Below, piece after piece: positions 23,112 through 35,833 of a stretch of 64,000 nt of DNA. A model generated the notes under the pieces. It saw nothing but the letters and a program-made list of their open reading frames with translations. It searched no databases and was not told where the DNA came from. Source of the DNA: Ranitomeya imitator (Eukaryota); assembly GCF_032444005.1 (NCBI RefSeq), contig NC_091291.1, positions 25,172,001 to 25,236,000 of the forward strand, given 5' to 3'. A program made the translations under genes and the position numbers. The first letter of the stretch is position 1. Every line of letters starts with the position of its first letter.

Positions 23112-24198
23112 GGCTAAGTACACATTAGCGTATCTGTGCGCGGCGTGTCATCCGCATGCGCAAACGCATGCAAATGCATGGTCACGCTGCGTTTCTATCC
23201 ACATGAGCTTACGCATGACGCAAAAAAATGCTGCATGTATTTGCGCTTGTATGTGTTTTTGCATGTGTTTGCGTTTTTTCTGCACATGCGTTCGAAATTT
23301 CCATGAATTTTGTTTATGCGGCAAACGCTGTCCCAGGAAAATTTCTTTGACAAAAGCCACACACAATGGGTGTGTCTCATTGGATTTCTGCATATATAGA
23401 CCCTACACAGATTAAATCCTCGTCTTTTGCTGCTGTATCCAGCTGCAGGATGGATCCTGGCCTGGAGAGCTTCTATCGTAATCCGGATTTGTCAATGAAA
23501 TTGGCTTTTGCTGTGGCTTGTGAAGAAGAAAGGAGAAGAGAAAGACAGAGAAGACGTTGTCATCGCTACTGGCAATACCCCATCGTTGAAGTCTGAGAGA
23601 GCCTACCACTCGTTGTGCACCAAGCTGCGTGAATTCCCAGAGAATTTTTTTGAATACACAAGGATGTCGGAACAGAGCGTTGATGACTTGCTGCAACTAG
23701 TGATGAGCGAATATACTCGTTACTCGAGATTTCTCGAGCATGCTCGGGGGGTTCTCCAAGTTTTTTTTAGTGCTCAAAGATTTATTTTTTCTTGCCGCAG
23801 CTGAATGATTTACATCTGTTAGCCAGCATAAGTACATGTGGGGCTTGCTTAGCAACCAGGCAACCCCCACATGTATTTATGCTGGCTAATAGATGTAAAT
23901 CATTCAGCTGCGGCAAGAAAAAATAAATCTCCAAGCACTAAAAAATACTCGGAGGACCCCGGAAAATGCTCGAGAAATCTCGAGTAACGAGTATATTTGC
24001 TCATCACTAGCTGCAACGTGTCCGAGGATCCATCAGCAGGCAGGACACACAACTATGTCAAGCAATTCCTGCTGAGGAACGTCTTCTGGTGACCCTAAGG
24101 TGTATAATTTTGAAAAACAAACACATGTTGTTAGTATTATTGTTAGAAAACACATGCACTTATTTTTTTTCCATTTGACAGATTACTGGCTAAATGAG
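23112..24198 (+). mobile_element. PIF/Harbinger transposon remnant (transposase N-terminus with an intron)
   Basis: tta|ggctaagtacaca terminus. Degraded YWxxP...YHSL..LREFPENFFEYTRMS...AIPAEERLLVTLR|intron|LLA. Paralogue at 41865-42969. Confidence 0.75.
23698..24009. mobile_element. hAT MITE (palindromic)
   Basis: TIR tagtgatgagc...gctcatcacta, 8-bp TSD GCTGCAAC. Shared with the paralogue at 42458-42774. Confidence 0.92.
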
Positions 24199-25287
24199 TG
24201 TTAGAGGTTGAGTAACTGCCTCTGCACAGGGGGAATCTCAAGCCATCTCCTCAGCAGTCTCCCATTCTTCTCCAGCCAGAGTGGAGCCTGCTCAGCAAAG
24301 ACATCGGTCCCAATGTCTGGCTCAGCCTGATACTGTGCGGATGGTTTGTGCTGCTTTCCCAGGCTCAGCCATTGTAGCCAGTACTGGTCAGCGGCAAACA
24401 GACGTCTCTGGGACTAAGTCCTGCTTTTTCCCTTCTGAGCATGCCCACGGTAAGACCTCTCATTGGAGGTCAGGGTTCACATGCTCAGGTACTGCTGCAG
24501 CTCCCATTGGTCCTCTAGGAAGGTCCTGAAGTTGCTCTGGTATTGTAGCAGCTTCCATTGGTCCTATAGGAAGGTCCTGAAGCTGCTGTAGCTATAAAAG
24601 GTTTGCATGGCCACACGGCCATGCGCTAGTATCACTTCATGTTATGAGCTTGCTATTTGTGGTCGCGCCTGTATGTGGATAGGGTTTGGCTGAAATAAGC
24701 CCCTAGAATACCGGCACCTCCGGTGAGGAGTTTGTATGTATGTATTCAGGTCCCCGGCTGAAATAAGCCCCTAGAATACCGGCACCTCTGGTGAGGAGTT
24801 TGTATGTATGCTTCTCTGTGTGCGTGACCACTGACTGCCATCAGCTCAGCAGTTAGCTGTGTTCCTCTGTGACGATAACAGGGCACAGCGTGTTCTTTTC
24901 AGTGCGACTCAGTGAAGTAACTGAGTTCACTTATACCGCCTTATAGTGCCGTCATCTTCTAGCAGCAGGTTCTCTACTGCCCGATGGACCCCGGGCTGCA
25001 ATCGCACCAATTATAACATCTATACTAAACTTGGTGCGTTCCACCAGTCCTAGCATAATACTAGCGCCAGGGTCTGGCTAGAAAATGGCGGAAGATCAGC
25101 ATCTATAGCAGTACATCCAGCTACTAGAGGGTAGGTTGGCGGCCCTTGAGTGCACAACCTCAGCTGTGGATGTAACCGCAGTTGCTGTTCAGGCTGCTAG
25201 TGTAGCTGCAGCCAGTTTGTCTTCTGCCACCCCTGCTCTGACTTTATCCCGTCTCCCACTACCAGACAAGTTTGCTTGTGACAGTAA

Positions 25288-25943
25288 AGGTACCTTTACA
25301 CATAACGATTTCGTTAACGATATCGTTGCTTTTTGTGATGTAACAACGATATCGTTAATGAAATCGTTATGCGTGACAGCGACCAACGATCAGGCCCCTG
25401 CTGGGAGATTGTTGATCGCTGGGAATGATCAGGACCTTTTTTTAGTCGCTGATCACCCGCTGTCATCGTTGATTTGGCGTGTGTGACGCCGATCCAGCGA
25501 TGTGTTCACTGGTAACCAGGGTAAATATCGGGTTACTAAGCGCAGGTCACCGTGACGTCACCGCTGTGCTCTGCTTTACGGCCGGCCGGCGCTGACACAG
25601 TCAGAGCGGGAAGCTGACGCCGGGGGACGTGACAGACATCGGAATGTGAGTATGTAGTGTTTTTTTTTTTTTTTTACTTTTACAATGGTAACCAGGGTAA
25701 ATATCGAGTTACTAAGCGCGGCCCTGCGCTTAGTAACCCGATATTTACCCTGGTTACCCGGGGACTTCGGCATCGTTGAAGACAGTTTCAACGATGCCGA
25801 AGTCTTTCTCCTCATCGTTGGTCGCTGGAGAGAGCTGTCTGTGTGACAGCTCCCCAGCGACCACACAACGACTTACCAACGATCACGGCCAGGTCGTATC
25901 GCTGTTCGTGATCGTTGGTAAGTTGTTTAGTGTAACGGTACCT
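25288..25943. mobile_element. Harbinger-type MITE in gag of element 2
   Basis: aggtacc...ggtacct termini, TAA duplication. Empty site in the paralogous gag near 44055. Confidence 0.88.
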
Positions 25944-26720
25944 TAAGCTATATCGGGGATTCGTGAACCAGTGCACCATACATCTAGAGCTTCTGGCTGC
26001 ACATTTTCCTATGGAATGGGCTAAGGTGGGATTTATCATATCCCTTTTGTCGGGCAGGGTGTTGGAATGGGCTACGCCGCTGTGGGAGCCTGATGATCGT
26101 GTGGTGCAGAGTGCTCCTCGCTTCCTGTACACTTTGAAACAGGTCTTTTAGGACCTCATGTCACCCACGGTATGGAGCTCTAACTGCTGGCAATTACACA
26201 GGGTTCGTCCATGGTCAGCCAGTTCGCCGTCCGATTCCAGACTCTGGCAATAGAGCTGGAGTGGCCGGATAAAGTCCTTATTCTGGTGTTCTGGAAAGGA
26301 CTGGCAGACCATGTGAAGGACGCCTTGGCCATCAGGGAGATTCCTGCCACACTGGAGGAGCTCATTACAATCTCTATCTGCATTGACCTCTGTTTTAACG
26401 AGCGGAGGTTACAGCGGACCCAGTGTAGGCAGAGGTTCCAGTTGGCTCCTACCTTCGCCGGCCGTCTGGAATCTCATGTTCAGGCGTCCGACGCCCATGA
26501 GGTCATGGAGGTTTCTCGAGCGGGACCTAAGTCCCGGGCCGCTCGAGTACCCGTGGTTTGTAATATTTGCCAACAGTTAGGACATTATGCCAATAAATGT
26601 CCTCAGCGGTCGGGAAACGTTCGCATCTAGTAAGCATTGGAGAAGGTTCACTAGACACAGCGGCATTTTCCTTCAAGTTGTCCTTTAATGGGACAATCTC
26701 TTTAGGCTCATCCACTCTAA

Positions 26721-27089
26721 GGCTATGTGCACACGTTGCGGATTCTCTGCGGATCTGCAGTGTTTTTTGCGGTGCAGAAATGCTGCAGATCTGCAATTGA
26801 TTTACAGTACAATGTAAATCAATGAGAAAAAAAAAAGCTGTGGTTTAAAAGAAGTAGCATGTCATTTCTTTTTTGCTAATCTGCAGCGTTTTTGTACCTA
26901 TTCCATTATAGAAATCCGCAGGGGTAAAAAATGCAGCAAATCCGCAAAAAAAGCGCAGCAAAAACGCACAAAAAATACTGTGGATCCGCACAAAAAAACG
27001 CAACAAATCCACAGCTGCTCTTTCTGCCAGTAGAGGCAGAATCCACACCAGAAATTCCTAAGGCTAATCCGCAATGTGTGCACATAGCC
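26721..27089. mobile_element. Harbinger-type MITE in the protease region
   Basis: ggctatgtgcacac...gtgtgcacatagcc, TAA TSD. The paralogue starts at 44833 and is truncated near 45120. Confidence 0.88.
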
Positions 27090-27264
27090 TAACAGTTGAG
27101 CGTTGTGTGGACTCTGGAGCAGAGGGGAATTTCATGCCCTCTGCCTTCGCTCAGCGCCACGACTCACCAAACCGGTGACGGTTCAAGTGGTAAATGGGTC
27201 GACACAGCCCTCACACATCAGACCATCCCTTTCTCATTATCTATGTCCCCTTCCCATCAGATTA

Positions 27265-27679
27265 GGGTACCGTCACACAGTGGCATTTTGATCGCTACGA
27301 CGGCACGATCCGTGACGCTCCAGCATCGTAACAATATCGCTCCAGCGTCGTAGACTGCGGTCACACTTTGCAATGTACGACGCTGGAGCGATAATTTCAT
27401 GACGTATGTGCGATGTAGAAGCCGTTGGTTACTATGCGCACATCGTATACAATATCGTGCACACCTTTGTTACACAATGCGATCATGGCGCCACAGCGGG
27501 ACACCAGACGACGAAAGAAAGTTTCAAACGATCTGCTACGACGTACGATTCTCAGCGGGGTCCCTGATCGCAGGAGCGTGTCAGACACAGCGAGATCGCT
27601 GGAACGTCATGGATATATCGCTGGAACGTCACAAATCGTGCCGTCGTAGCGATCAAAATGCCACTGTGTGACGGTACCC
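27265..27679. mobile_element. Harbinger-type MITE
   Basis: gggtaccgtcacacagtggcattttgatcgc inverted termini, TTA TSD. Confidence 0.9.
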
Positions 27680-29918
27680 TTATCTCTCTTCTTGTCATTC
27701 CCGAGGGAATAGACGAGATACTGCTAAGAATACCTTGGCTCCGTTTCCACTCCCCACATATTGAGTGCACCACCATATTGGGTTGGAGTGAATCTTGTAA
27801 GGGCAGATGTGTGAGGGAGTCCGTTCAGGTTTCCACTACAGAGATACCCGCAGATCTTACTTCCCTTCCCAAGTGTTACTGGTCCTATGCAGATGTGTTC
27901 TCCAAGAAGGCTGCGGAGACCCTTCCGCCTCACCGCCCATATGACTGTTTTATTGCCCTCATGCCTGGAGCTGAACCACCTCGGGGACGGGTCTATCCCC
28001 TCTCTCTCCCGGAGAAGGAGGCTATGTCCCAATACATCCAGGAGAATTTGGCAAGAGGGTTCATTAGGAAGTCAGTGTCCCCCGCAGGGACGGGGTTCTT
28101 TTTCGTGCAGAAGAAGAACAGAGAACTACGTCCATGCATAGATTACAGGGATCTTAACGCCATCATTGTCAAGAATAAGTACCCATTGCCCCTGATATCT
28201 GAGCTCTTCGATAGGCTACGGGGAGCAAGGGTATTTACCAAATTAGATCTGCGGGGTGCTTATAACGTGAGGGGGACGAATGGAAGATGGCTTTTAATAC
28301 CAGGATGGGCATTATGAATATCTGGTGATGCCCTTTGGGCTCTGTAATGCCCCAGCCATTTTCCAAGAATTTGTGAATGACATCTTCTGGGATATGCTCT
28401 CCACCTCGGTCGTAGTCTATCTGGATGATATACTCATCTACTCTCCAGATATTGACTCCCACCGGAGAGAGGTTTGCAAGGTCTTCGGCCTCTTACGGCC
28501 AAATTCTCTTTATGCCAAGTTGGAAAAATGTGTGTTTGAGCAGGAGTCCTTGCTTTCCTTGGTTATATCATCTCTGCCCAGGGATTGGCTCTGGATCCCG
28601 CCAAGCTACAGGCTGTGGTGGACTGGCAGGAACCTCATTCTCTCAAAGCGGTGCAGAGATTTATGGGGTTCATCAACTATTATTGCCAGTTCATTCCCCA
28701 TTTCTCAACTGTGGTAGCTCCCCTGGTTGCCCTCAGCAAGAAGGGAGAAAATCCCAAATTGTGGTTGGAGGAGGTCTCCAAGGCCTTCCTCTCTGTCAAG
28801 TCACATTTCGCTGGTGCTCCCATTTTACATCACCCCGATGTAGATAAACCATTTATCATGGAGGTGGATGCCTCTTCCATCGGTGCTGGAGCAGTCCTCT
28901 TTCAGAAGGATGCTCAATTTCAGAAGCATCCTTTCTTCTTCTTTTCCAAGACCTTCATACCGGCAGAGAGGAATTATTCCATCGGGGATAGGGAGTTCCT
29001 AGCCATGAAGTTGGCCTTTTCAGAGTGGAGACACGTCCTGGAGGGGGCACGCTTTCCCTTCCGAGTTTTCACCGACCACAAACAGTTGGTGTATTTACAA
29101 ACCGCCCAGCGGCTAAACTCTCGCCAGGCCAGATGGTCCCTGTTTTTCTCCCGGTACCACTTTACCCTCTATTTTCTCTCCTGGGAGAAGAACACTCCTT
29201 GGTGTCATCAGAGGAGAAGGAGAGAAGGAACATCGGCTTATTGTCCCTTCAGAGAGCCTGAGAACTGTGGCTCCGGTTTCGCTAGAGTCTGTGACCCCAG
29301 GCAAGACTTTCGTTCCATCTAATTTGCGACCAGAGGTTCTCTATTGGGCTCACTCGTCCAGGGTGGGTGGACATTTTGGGACCAAGAGGACATCTGAGCT
29401 TCTGGCAAGGACGTACTGATGGCCGCATAAGGCCCATGACATCGGGGACTATATTCGGGCGTGTGTCTCCTACGCCAAGAATCAGTCTCTTCGGCAATGG
29501 CCTGCTGGGCTACTTTACCCCCTGCCGGTGGCAGACAGGCTCTGAGAGATGGTCGGGATGGACTTCGTGGTGGGCTTACCCAAGTCTTGTAGCTGCACCG
29601 TTATCTGGGTAGTCACCGACCATTTTTCTAAAATGGTGCACTTGGTTCCGCTTCCATGGTTACCTTCTGCATGGGCCTTAACGGTGTTATTCATTAAACA
29701 TGTTTTCCATCCACATGGCATGCCTGACAAAATAGTCAGTGACTGCGGTCCCCAATTTGCGTCTCGGTTCTGGAGAGAGCTCTGTCATTTACTCAGCATT
29801 GAGCTGAATCTCTCTTCTGCATACCATCCCCATATGAATGGGTTGGTAGAGAGGGCCAACCAAACTCTGGTCACATACCTGTGACATTTCATCTCCGCCA
29901 GGCAGGATGACTGGGCAC

Positions 29919-31133
29919 TAGTGTTGAGCATTCCGATACCGCAAGTATCGGGTATCGGCCGATACTTGCGGTATCGGAATTCCGATACCGAGATCCGATA
30001 CTTTTGTGGTATCGGGTATCGGATACATAGAGATGTGTAAAATAAAGAATTAAAATAAAAAATATTGATATATTTACCTCTCCGGCGGCCCCTGGACTCA
30101 GCGCGGGTAACCGGCAGGCTTCGTTGTTCAAAATCAGCGCTTTTAGGACCTGAGAATCACGTCCCGGCTTCTGATTGGTCGCGGGCCGCCCATGTGACCG
30201 CCACGCGACCAATCACAAGCCGCGACGTCACCGCAAGCTATTAACGCACTCATTTTTGAAAAATGAGCGCGTTAATGACTTTCAAAGACGTAGCGGCTTG
30301 TGATTGGTCGCGGCCACGCGACCAATCACAAGCCGCGACGTCACCGCAAGCTATTAACGCGCTCATTTTTAAAAATGAGCGCGTTAATGGCTTTCAAAGA
30401 CGTAGCGGCTTGTGATTGGTCGCGTGGCCGCGACCAATCACAAGCCGCGACGTCACCGCAAGCTATTAACGCGCTCATTTTTAAAAATGAGCGCGTTAAT
30501 GGCTTTCAAAGACGTAGCGGCTTGTGATTGGTCGCGTGGCCGCGACCAATCACAAGCCGCGACGTCACCGCAAGCTATTAACGCGCTCATTTTTAAAAAT
30601 GAGCGCGTTAATGACTTTCAAAGACGTAGCGGCTTGTGATTGGTCGCGGCCACGCGACCAATCACAAGCCGCTACGTCTTTGAAAGTCATTAACGCGCTC
30701 ATTTTTAAAAATGAGCGCGTTAATAGCTTGCGGTGACGTCGCGGCTTGTGATTGGTCGCGTGGCGGTCACATGGGCGGCCCGCGACCAATCAGAAGCCGG
30801 GACGTGATTCTCAGGTCCTAAAAGCGCTGATTTTGAAGAAAGAAGCCTGCCGGTTACCCGCGCTGAGTTCAGGGGCCGCCGGAGAGGTAAATATATAAAT
30901 ATTTTTTATTTTAATTCTTTATTTTACACATCCCTATGGATCCCAGGGCCTGAAGGAGAGTTTCCTCTCCTTCAGACCCTGGGAACCATGAGAATACCTT
31001 CCGATACTTGATGTCCCATTGACTTGTATTGGTATCGGATATCGGTATCGGCGATATCCGATATTTTTCGGGTATCGGCCGATACTATCCGATACCGGTA
31101 CTTTCAAGTATCGGACGGTATCGCTCAACACTA
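29919..31133. mobile_element. Non-autonomous hAT element (same family as 12166-12934) in the integrase of element 2, with an internal 112-bp palindromic array
   Basis: tagtgttgagc...gctcaacacta, 8-bp TSD CTGGGCAC. Repeat units start at 30205, 30318, 30430, 30542 and 30654 (the last is inverted). Confidence 0.93.
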
Positions 31134-33729
31134 CTGGGCACATTTGCTATCATGGGCGGAATTTGCTTTGAACAACGCCATAGCCAACTCCACCGGGCAG
31201 ACACCATTCCTCCTTCATTACGGCCAGCATCCGCGTGTCCCTGTGCCCATACTCGTGTCATCCACCAATTCTAGGATGGCAGATTGGGCGGTGGAGGCAC
31301 GCGACATTTGAGACCGCACACAGGATGCCATCAGGGCCTCCAAGGAGAGAATGAGGGTTTCTGCCGATGCACACCGGTGCCCTGCTCCAACCTTTGCTCC
31401 TGGCGACTTAGTGTGGCTATACGCCAGTAACATCAGGATGTGAGTTGAGTCCACTAAGTTTGCGCCTCGTTACATAGGCCCTTTCAAGATTCTGGAACAG
31501 GTTAACCCTGTGGTCTACCGTTTGGCTCTTCCTCCACACCTAGGTATCACCGACACTTTTCATGTATCCGTCTTAAAGCCCATCTATATGTCCCAGTTTT
31601 CTGAGTCATCTGCCGGGACATCGGGTTCATCCACAGACGAGAACGAGGAGAACTCTCTCTTGGGGTGCAAGGTGGTACGTGGCAAAAAGTTCTATCTGGT
31701 GAACTGGAGGGGTCACGGCCCAGAGGACAGAACCTGGGAACCTGTGGAGCGCATTCGGGCTCTGCTACTCATTGCAGCCTTTGAACGTAGTGAGGCCCAA
31801 GGAGGAGGGGGCCCTAGGAGGCGGGGTAATGTTAGGTGTCGAGTTCCCGCTGCTGCAAAGGGGGAATCTCAAATCATGTCCTCTGCAGTCTCCCATTCTC
31901 CTCCAGCTGCAGTGGAACCTGCTCAGTGGATACGTCGGTCCCAGCGTCTGGCTCAAGCTGATACAGTGCGAATGGTTACAGCAGCCTTTCCAGGCTTTGC
32001 CTTTGTAGTCAGCACTGATCAGCAGCAAGCAAGCCTTTCTGGGACTAAGTCCTGCTTTTCCCATACTGAGCATGCCCACGGGATGACCTCCCATTGGACA
32101 TGCTCATGTCCTCTTGCGGCTCCTATTGGACCATCAGGAAGATCCTGGAGCACTACTGCTATAAAATATTTGCATGGCCGCTCGTCCATGCGCTAGTGTA
32201 AACTGATTTACTTGTGTGTGTAGATGAATGCCTGTTGATGGATGAAAGCTCCGAATCATTCCTATCCTTAGTGTTGTTGCCTGCTCGCGAATGGTGGAAG
32301 CTACCTAGCGACAGACAGTGCTACTCTGCACATCCTGCACACAATTCAGCATCTCTCAGCAGCGACCACCAGTGCGGCGCCGTACGCTTTCTGGGCCCTG
32401 GTCAGGGTGGTTAGTGGCGTCCGCCAGTGCGGCGTTGTACGCACTCTTGTGCGATAAATTATTATTATTAGTTCAGTTCTACCCCTGACATCACAGTAAC
32501 GATGTCATGAATAAGAGGTCTGGAGGAACTCATTCCCCGTGTCTTGGGACAGAGTTCTGTGACCCTTTACTTGCGCTCTCTCAAAGCCACGAGAAATTAC
32601 TATGCCAGGTTTGTTTGTTTTTCACCCTTCCCTAGTGCATAATAATATTTATTCCCTTCAGACCTTTAAATAATTTTATCAATTTTATTTTGAACCACTT
32701 CTGTTGCTATTATTTTTCATTTTTCCACTCCAATAAAACCTTTTCCAGCCTCACGATGACTAATGGATGAATTGCACCATTGAACTAGTTTTCCTATATT
32801 CTTTTGACGAATTGTTCACATAAGGAAATTGTCTACTTGACCCAATACATCCTGAATGACGTTGACGACCCAACTGTTGGGGACCCAGGAGACATTGACT
32901 GAAACCCACACGATCACATACATTGCAAAGAAAGAGGAAAAAATGGAGTAAACATGAACGACAGGAATAGAATGAAAGACAAAGTTTTTTTAATAAATAC
33001 ATAAAAAATACAAAAAAATATCTCCGGTATCTTCTGTGAAGATATGTGATTAGTTGTCAATAATGAAAGATACCATGATTAAAAAATTCCAGTGTATCCC
33101 ATAATTATCCATGGATTTTTTTTACTTTTGAGGAAGGTTATTTCTGTGCGGCTCTGCTTATGTCTGATACTCTCTCTCTTTTTTAAGGTTTTATATGTCA
33201 AATAATTGTCCAATAAATATATTTCCTTTATACTTTGGGCTTGTTCTCCAATGCTTTCATAAGATTTTGTAGCTGACTAAAGCAAATTACTGAGATACTT
33301 ATCCAGCACATTGATTGCGCCCATTAACCTTTTCTCTTCCAATTTTAAGGAGTAAAAAATAGTTTCATCATTAACCTGCTTATGTGATTATTACATCCCA
33401 CAAGCTCAGATCTTCACAGCCCCTTAGAACAAAACATATTGTGGATTGTAGTCCCAGTGTAATTGCTTCTGACCAAATCATCTTTGAAATTTTTGCATCT
33501 GGCAATTTTCACTTTACAATAATCTACCTCATTTAACCAACATTTGCACCTTGTAATTATCTACCTCATCTGGCTAATAATCTAGTGCGGTTGACTATTC
33601 TTATGATATTTAATTATCCCTGCATGCTAGCACCTAATTATTTATCTATTAATTATCTGATATATTAGTGCTGCATTACTAATTCATAGTATTTATTTCA
33701 GTATGAGGAGCAAATGTTATTAGTACTTG

Positions 33730-34582
33730 TGTTCAGCGTCGAGATCCCGCTGGTGCACAGGGGGAATCTCAAGCCATGTCCTCTGCGGTCTCCCATTCTT
33801 CACCCAGCTGCAGAGAAGCCTGCTCAGCAGACACATTGGTCCCAGCGTCTAGCTCAGGCTAATGCTGTGCATTTGGTTGCTGTTGCTGTTTCAGGTTCAG
33901 CTAAAGCAACCAGCATTGGTCAGCGGCGAGCAGACGCTCCTGGGACTAAGTCCTGCTTTTCTCCATCTTAGTATGCGCGTGAGACAACCGCTCATTGGTG
34001 GTTGGAGGTTACATGCTCAGGTCCTCAGATTGGGCCATCAGCAAGGTCCCGGAAGGCTGTGGCTATAAAAGGATTGCATGCCGTGAGCTAGAATATCCTA
34101 TATTCGTGGTGTGTGTATGCAAGCGTGTATGTCTCAGGTGAAAGCTCCTAATGACCCCTACCCTCTGGTTGTGTATGTGAATTGGGTGATTGGAGTCAGA
34201 GACAGCGCCTAGTAGTGGCATTGCCTGTACGCCACTGTGCACTCCGTCTGCACTCCACTGTAGTTAGCGTCAGTTTGGTGTTCGCCTGTGTGACGCTGTG
34301 CACACTCTGTGTGCTAAATCCGCTAGTTAGCATGAGTTAGTGGCGATCGCATGTGCGACGCCGCTCGCACCCAGTGCGCCAAATCTCATAGTTTTCCTTG
34401 GTTAGTGGCGTTCGCCAGTGTGGCGCCGCATGCACTCTGTGCGCTAAATATAATTAGCAGTTCTGTGAAGTAACAGGGCTCGTTACAGCACACACCGGGT
34501 GATGGTTAACCCTTGTGGGTTCGGTATTGTACCGCCATATAGTTTCCTCCATTACCGAGCAGCAGTTAACATCTCTGCACGG
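33730..34582 (+). mobile_element. Truncated solo LTR (paralogue of 13024-14980 without the nested LTR)
   Basis: Colinear with 13024-13203 plus 14328-14980. Confidence 0.8.
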
Positions 34583-34964
34583 TTTAATCGTACATATTTT
34601 CACCTTCTATAAAATGACAGAGAGACAGCACATTGCATAGTGAGCATTTATTGAAGTGTTCAGATAATCAAATATTAAAATAAATCATCAGAAATATATT
34701 GGTTTTATTTCAGTATTCTGAGCAGTTTATGGGTTTACAGATTTTAGCTAGACCAGTGTTATACAATTTATATCTCCTGGGATACTACAACTACCAGCAT
34801 AGCAGACATGAGGATGTTACACCTTCCTAAAAATAATGGTTTGTTTACATCTGAATCTTTAATAAGGTCCCTCAACTCCCATATGCAAAGCTAAGAAATA
34901 ATATGGAACATGTTATACATTATTTCCTTCTATAACATTTGTGATTCAAAAAATCTGAAGAAAA

Positions 34965-35131
34965 TCAATAGATTGAAGGTTTATTCATCAAGTCACTCAA
35001 TTTTATGGAAGGAACATTACAGTTCAGGAAAATTCTTTTTTTTTCTGTAAGCGCGATACAGCTGTCAAAGTTTACTTTGCAGACAACGTCATTAGCACAA
35101 CCTTTAGCGGAAAATTTCTTACTTGTGACAC
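34965..35131 (-). CDS. Gene C exon 5
   Basis: (G)VTSKKFSAKGCANDVVCKVNFDSCIALTEKKRIFLNCNVPSIKLSDLMNKPSIY*. Confidence 0.93.
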
Positions 35132-35300
35132 CTATAGGCAGAAAAACAACATAAACCATTAGGAAAAAAATGTTGCACTAGCCAAATTCTAATTACTTCC
35201 TGCAGATACATTTCTTTAATACACTATTAAATGCTTTATTTTTATTGTATCTGCATTGGGTAATACAATGTCGTCATCCTTTAAGAAATATTTTGCTCAC

Positions 35301-35450
35301 CAAAAACTATTACTTCCGCCCTATACTCAAAACATCTGTCCATGTCTCCAGTGCACTCCACCATGTGGTGACCCTTACATTCTTCCACAGTGTCCGTACA
35401 GTAGGCGGATGGACAGAGTTTACCATTTGGTGTGGGATCATCTTTAGGAA
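35301..35450 (-). CDS. Gene C exon 4
   Basis: (L)PKDDPTPNGKLCPSAYCTDTVEECKGHHMVECTGDMDRCFEYRAEVIVF. Confidence 0.95.
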
Positions 35451-35833
35451 CTGGAGAAATAAATACAATTGTTTGCATTAAATATTATCATTTACATATG
35501 ACTCACGGTCAAAAAGATATGTTCATATAATTCCATTATGTTGCTACTTTTTTTATAATTTTGGCTCCAGTCCTCTACCATGTAAATACAAAGTAGGAGC
35601 CAAACAACAAGCATAATTCTCTTCTTCCAAAAGATATAGCATTTTTTTTTATCATTATAGCCACATAAAGCTTGTTTTTTGTTAGATGAGTTGTACTTTT
35701 GAATGACATCATTCATTTTACCATGTGACGCACTGGAATGCGGGAAATAAAATTGCAAGTGTGTTGAAAATACAATATGATTCACAGGTCAATACAATTA
35801 CACAGATAACAATCAGGTATAGATTAGTATTTA

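Larger units (their letters stand above)
24199..32580 (+). mobile_element. Degraded sushi-like Ty3/Gypsy element 2 with nested MITEs
   Basis: 5' LTR at 24199-25055, gag, protease, RT (YLDD), RNase H, integrase, chromodomain, PPT, and a 3' LTR from 31830 truncated near 32580. Many stops and frameshifts. Confidence 0.93.

Noticed and set aside
30300-30789. Four near-identical 70-75-aa ORFs
   Set aside because: Products of the 112-bp repeat in a hAT element.
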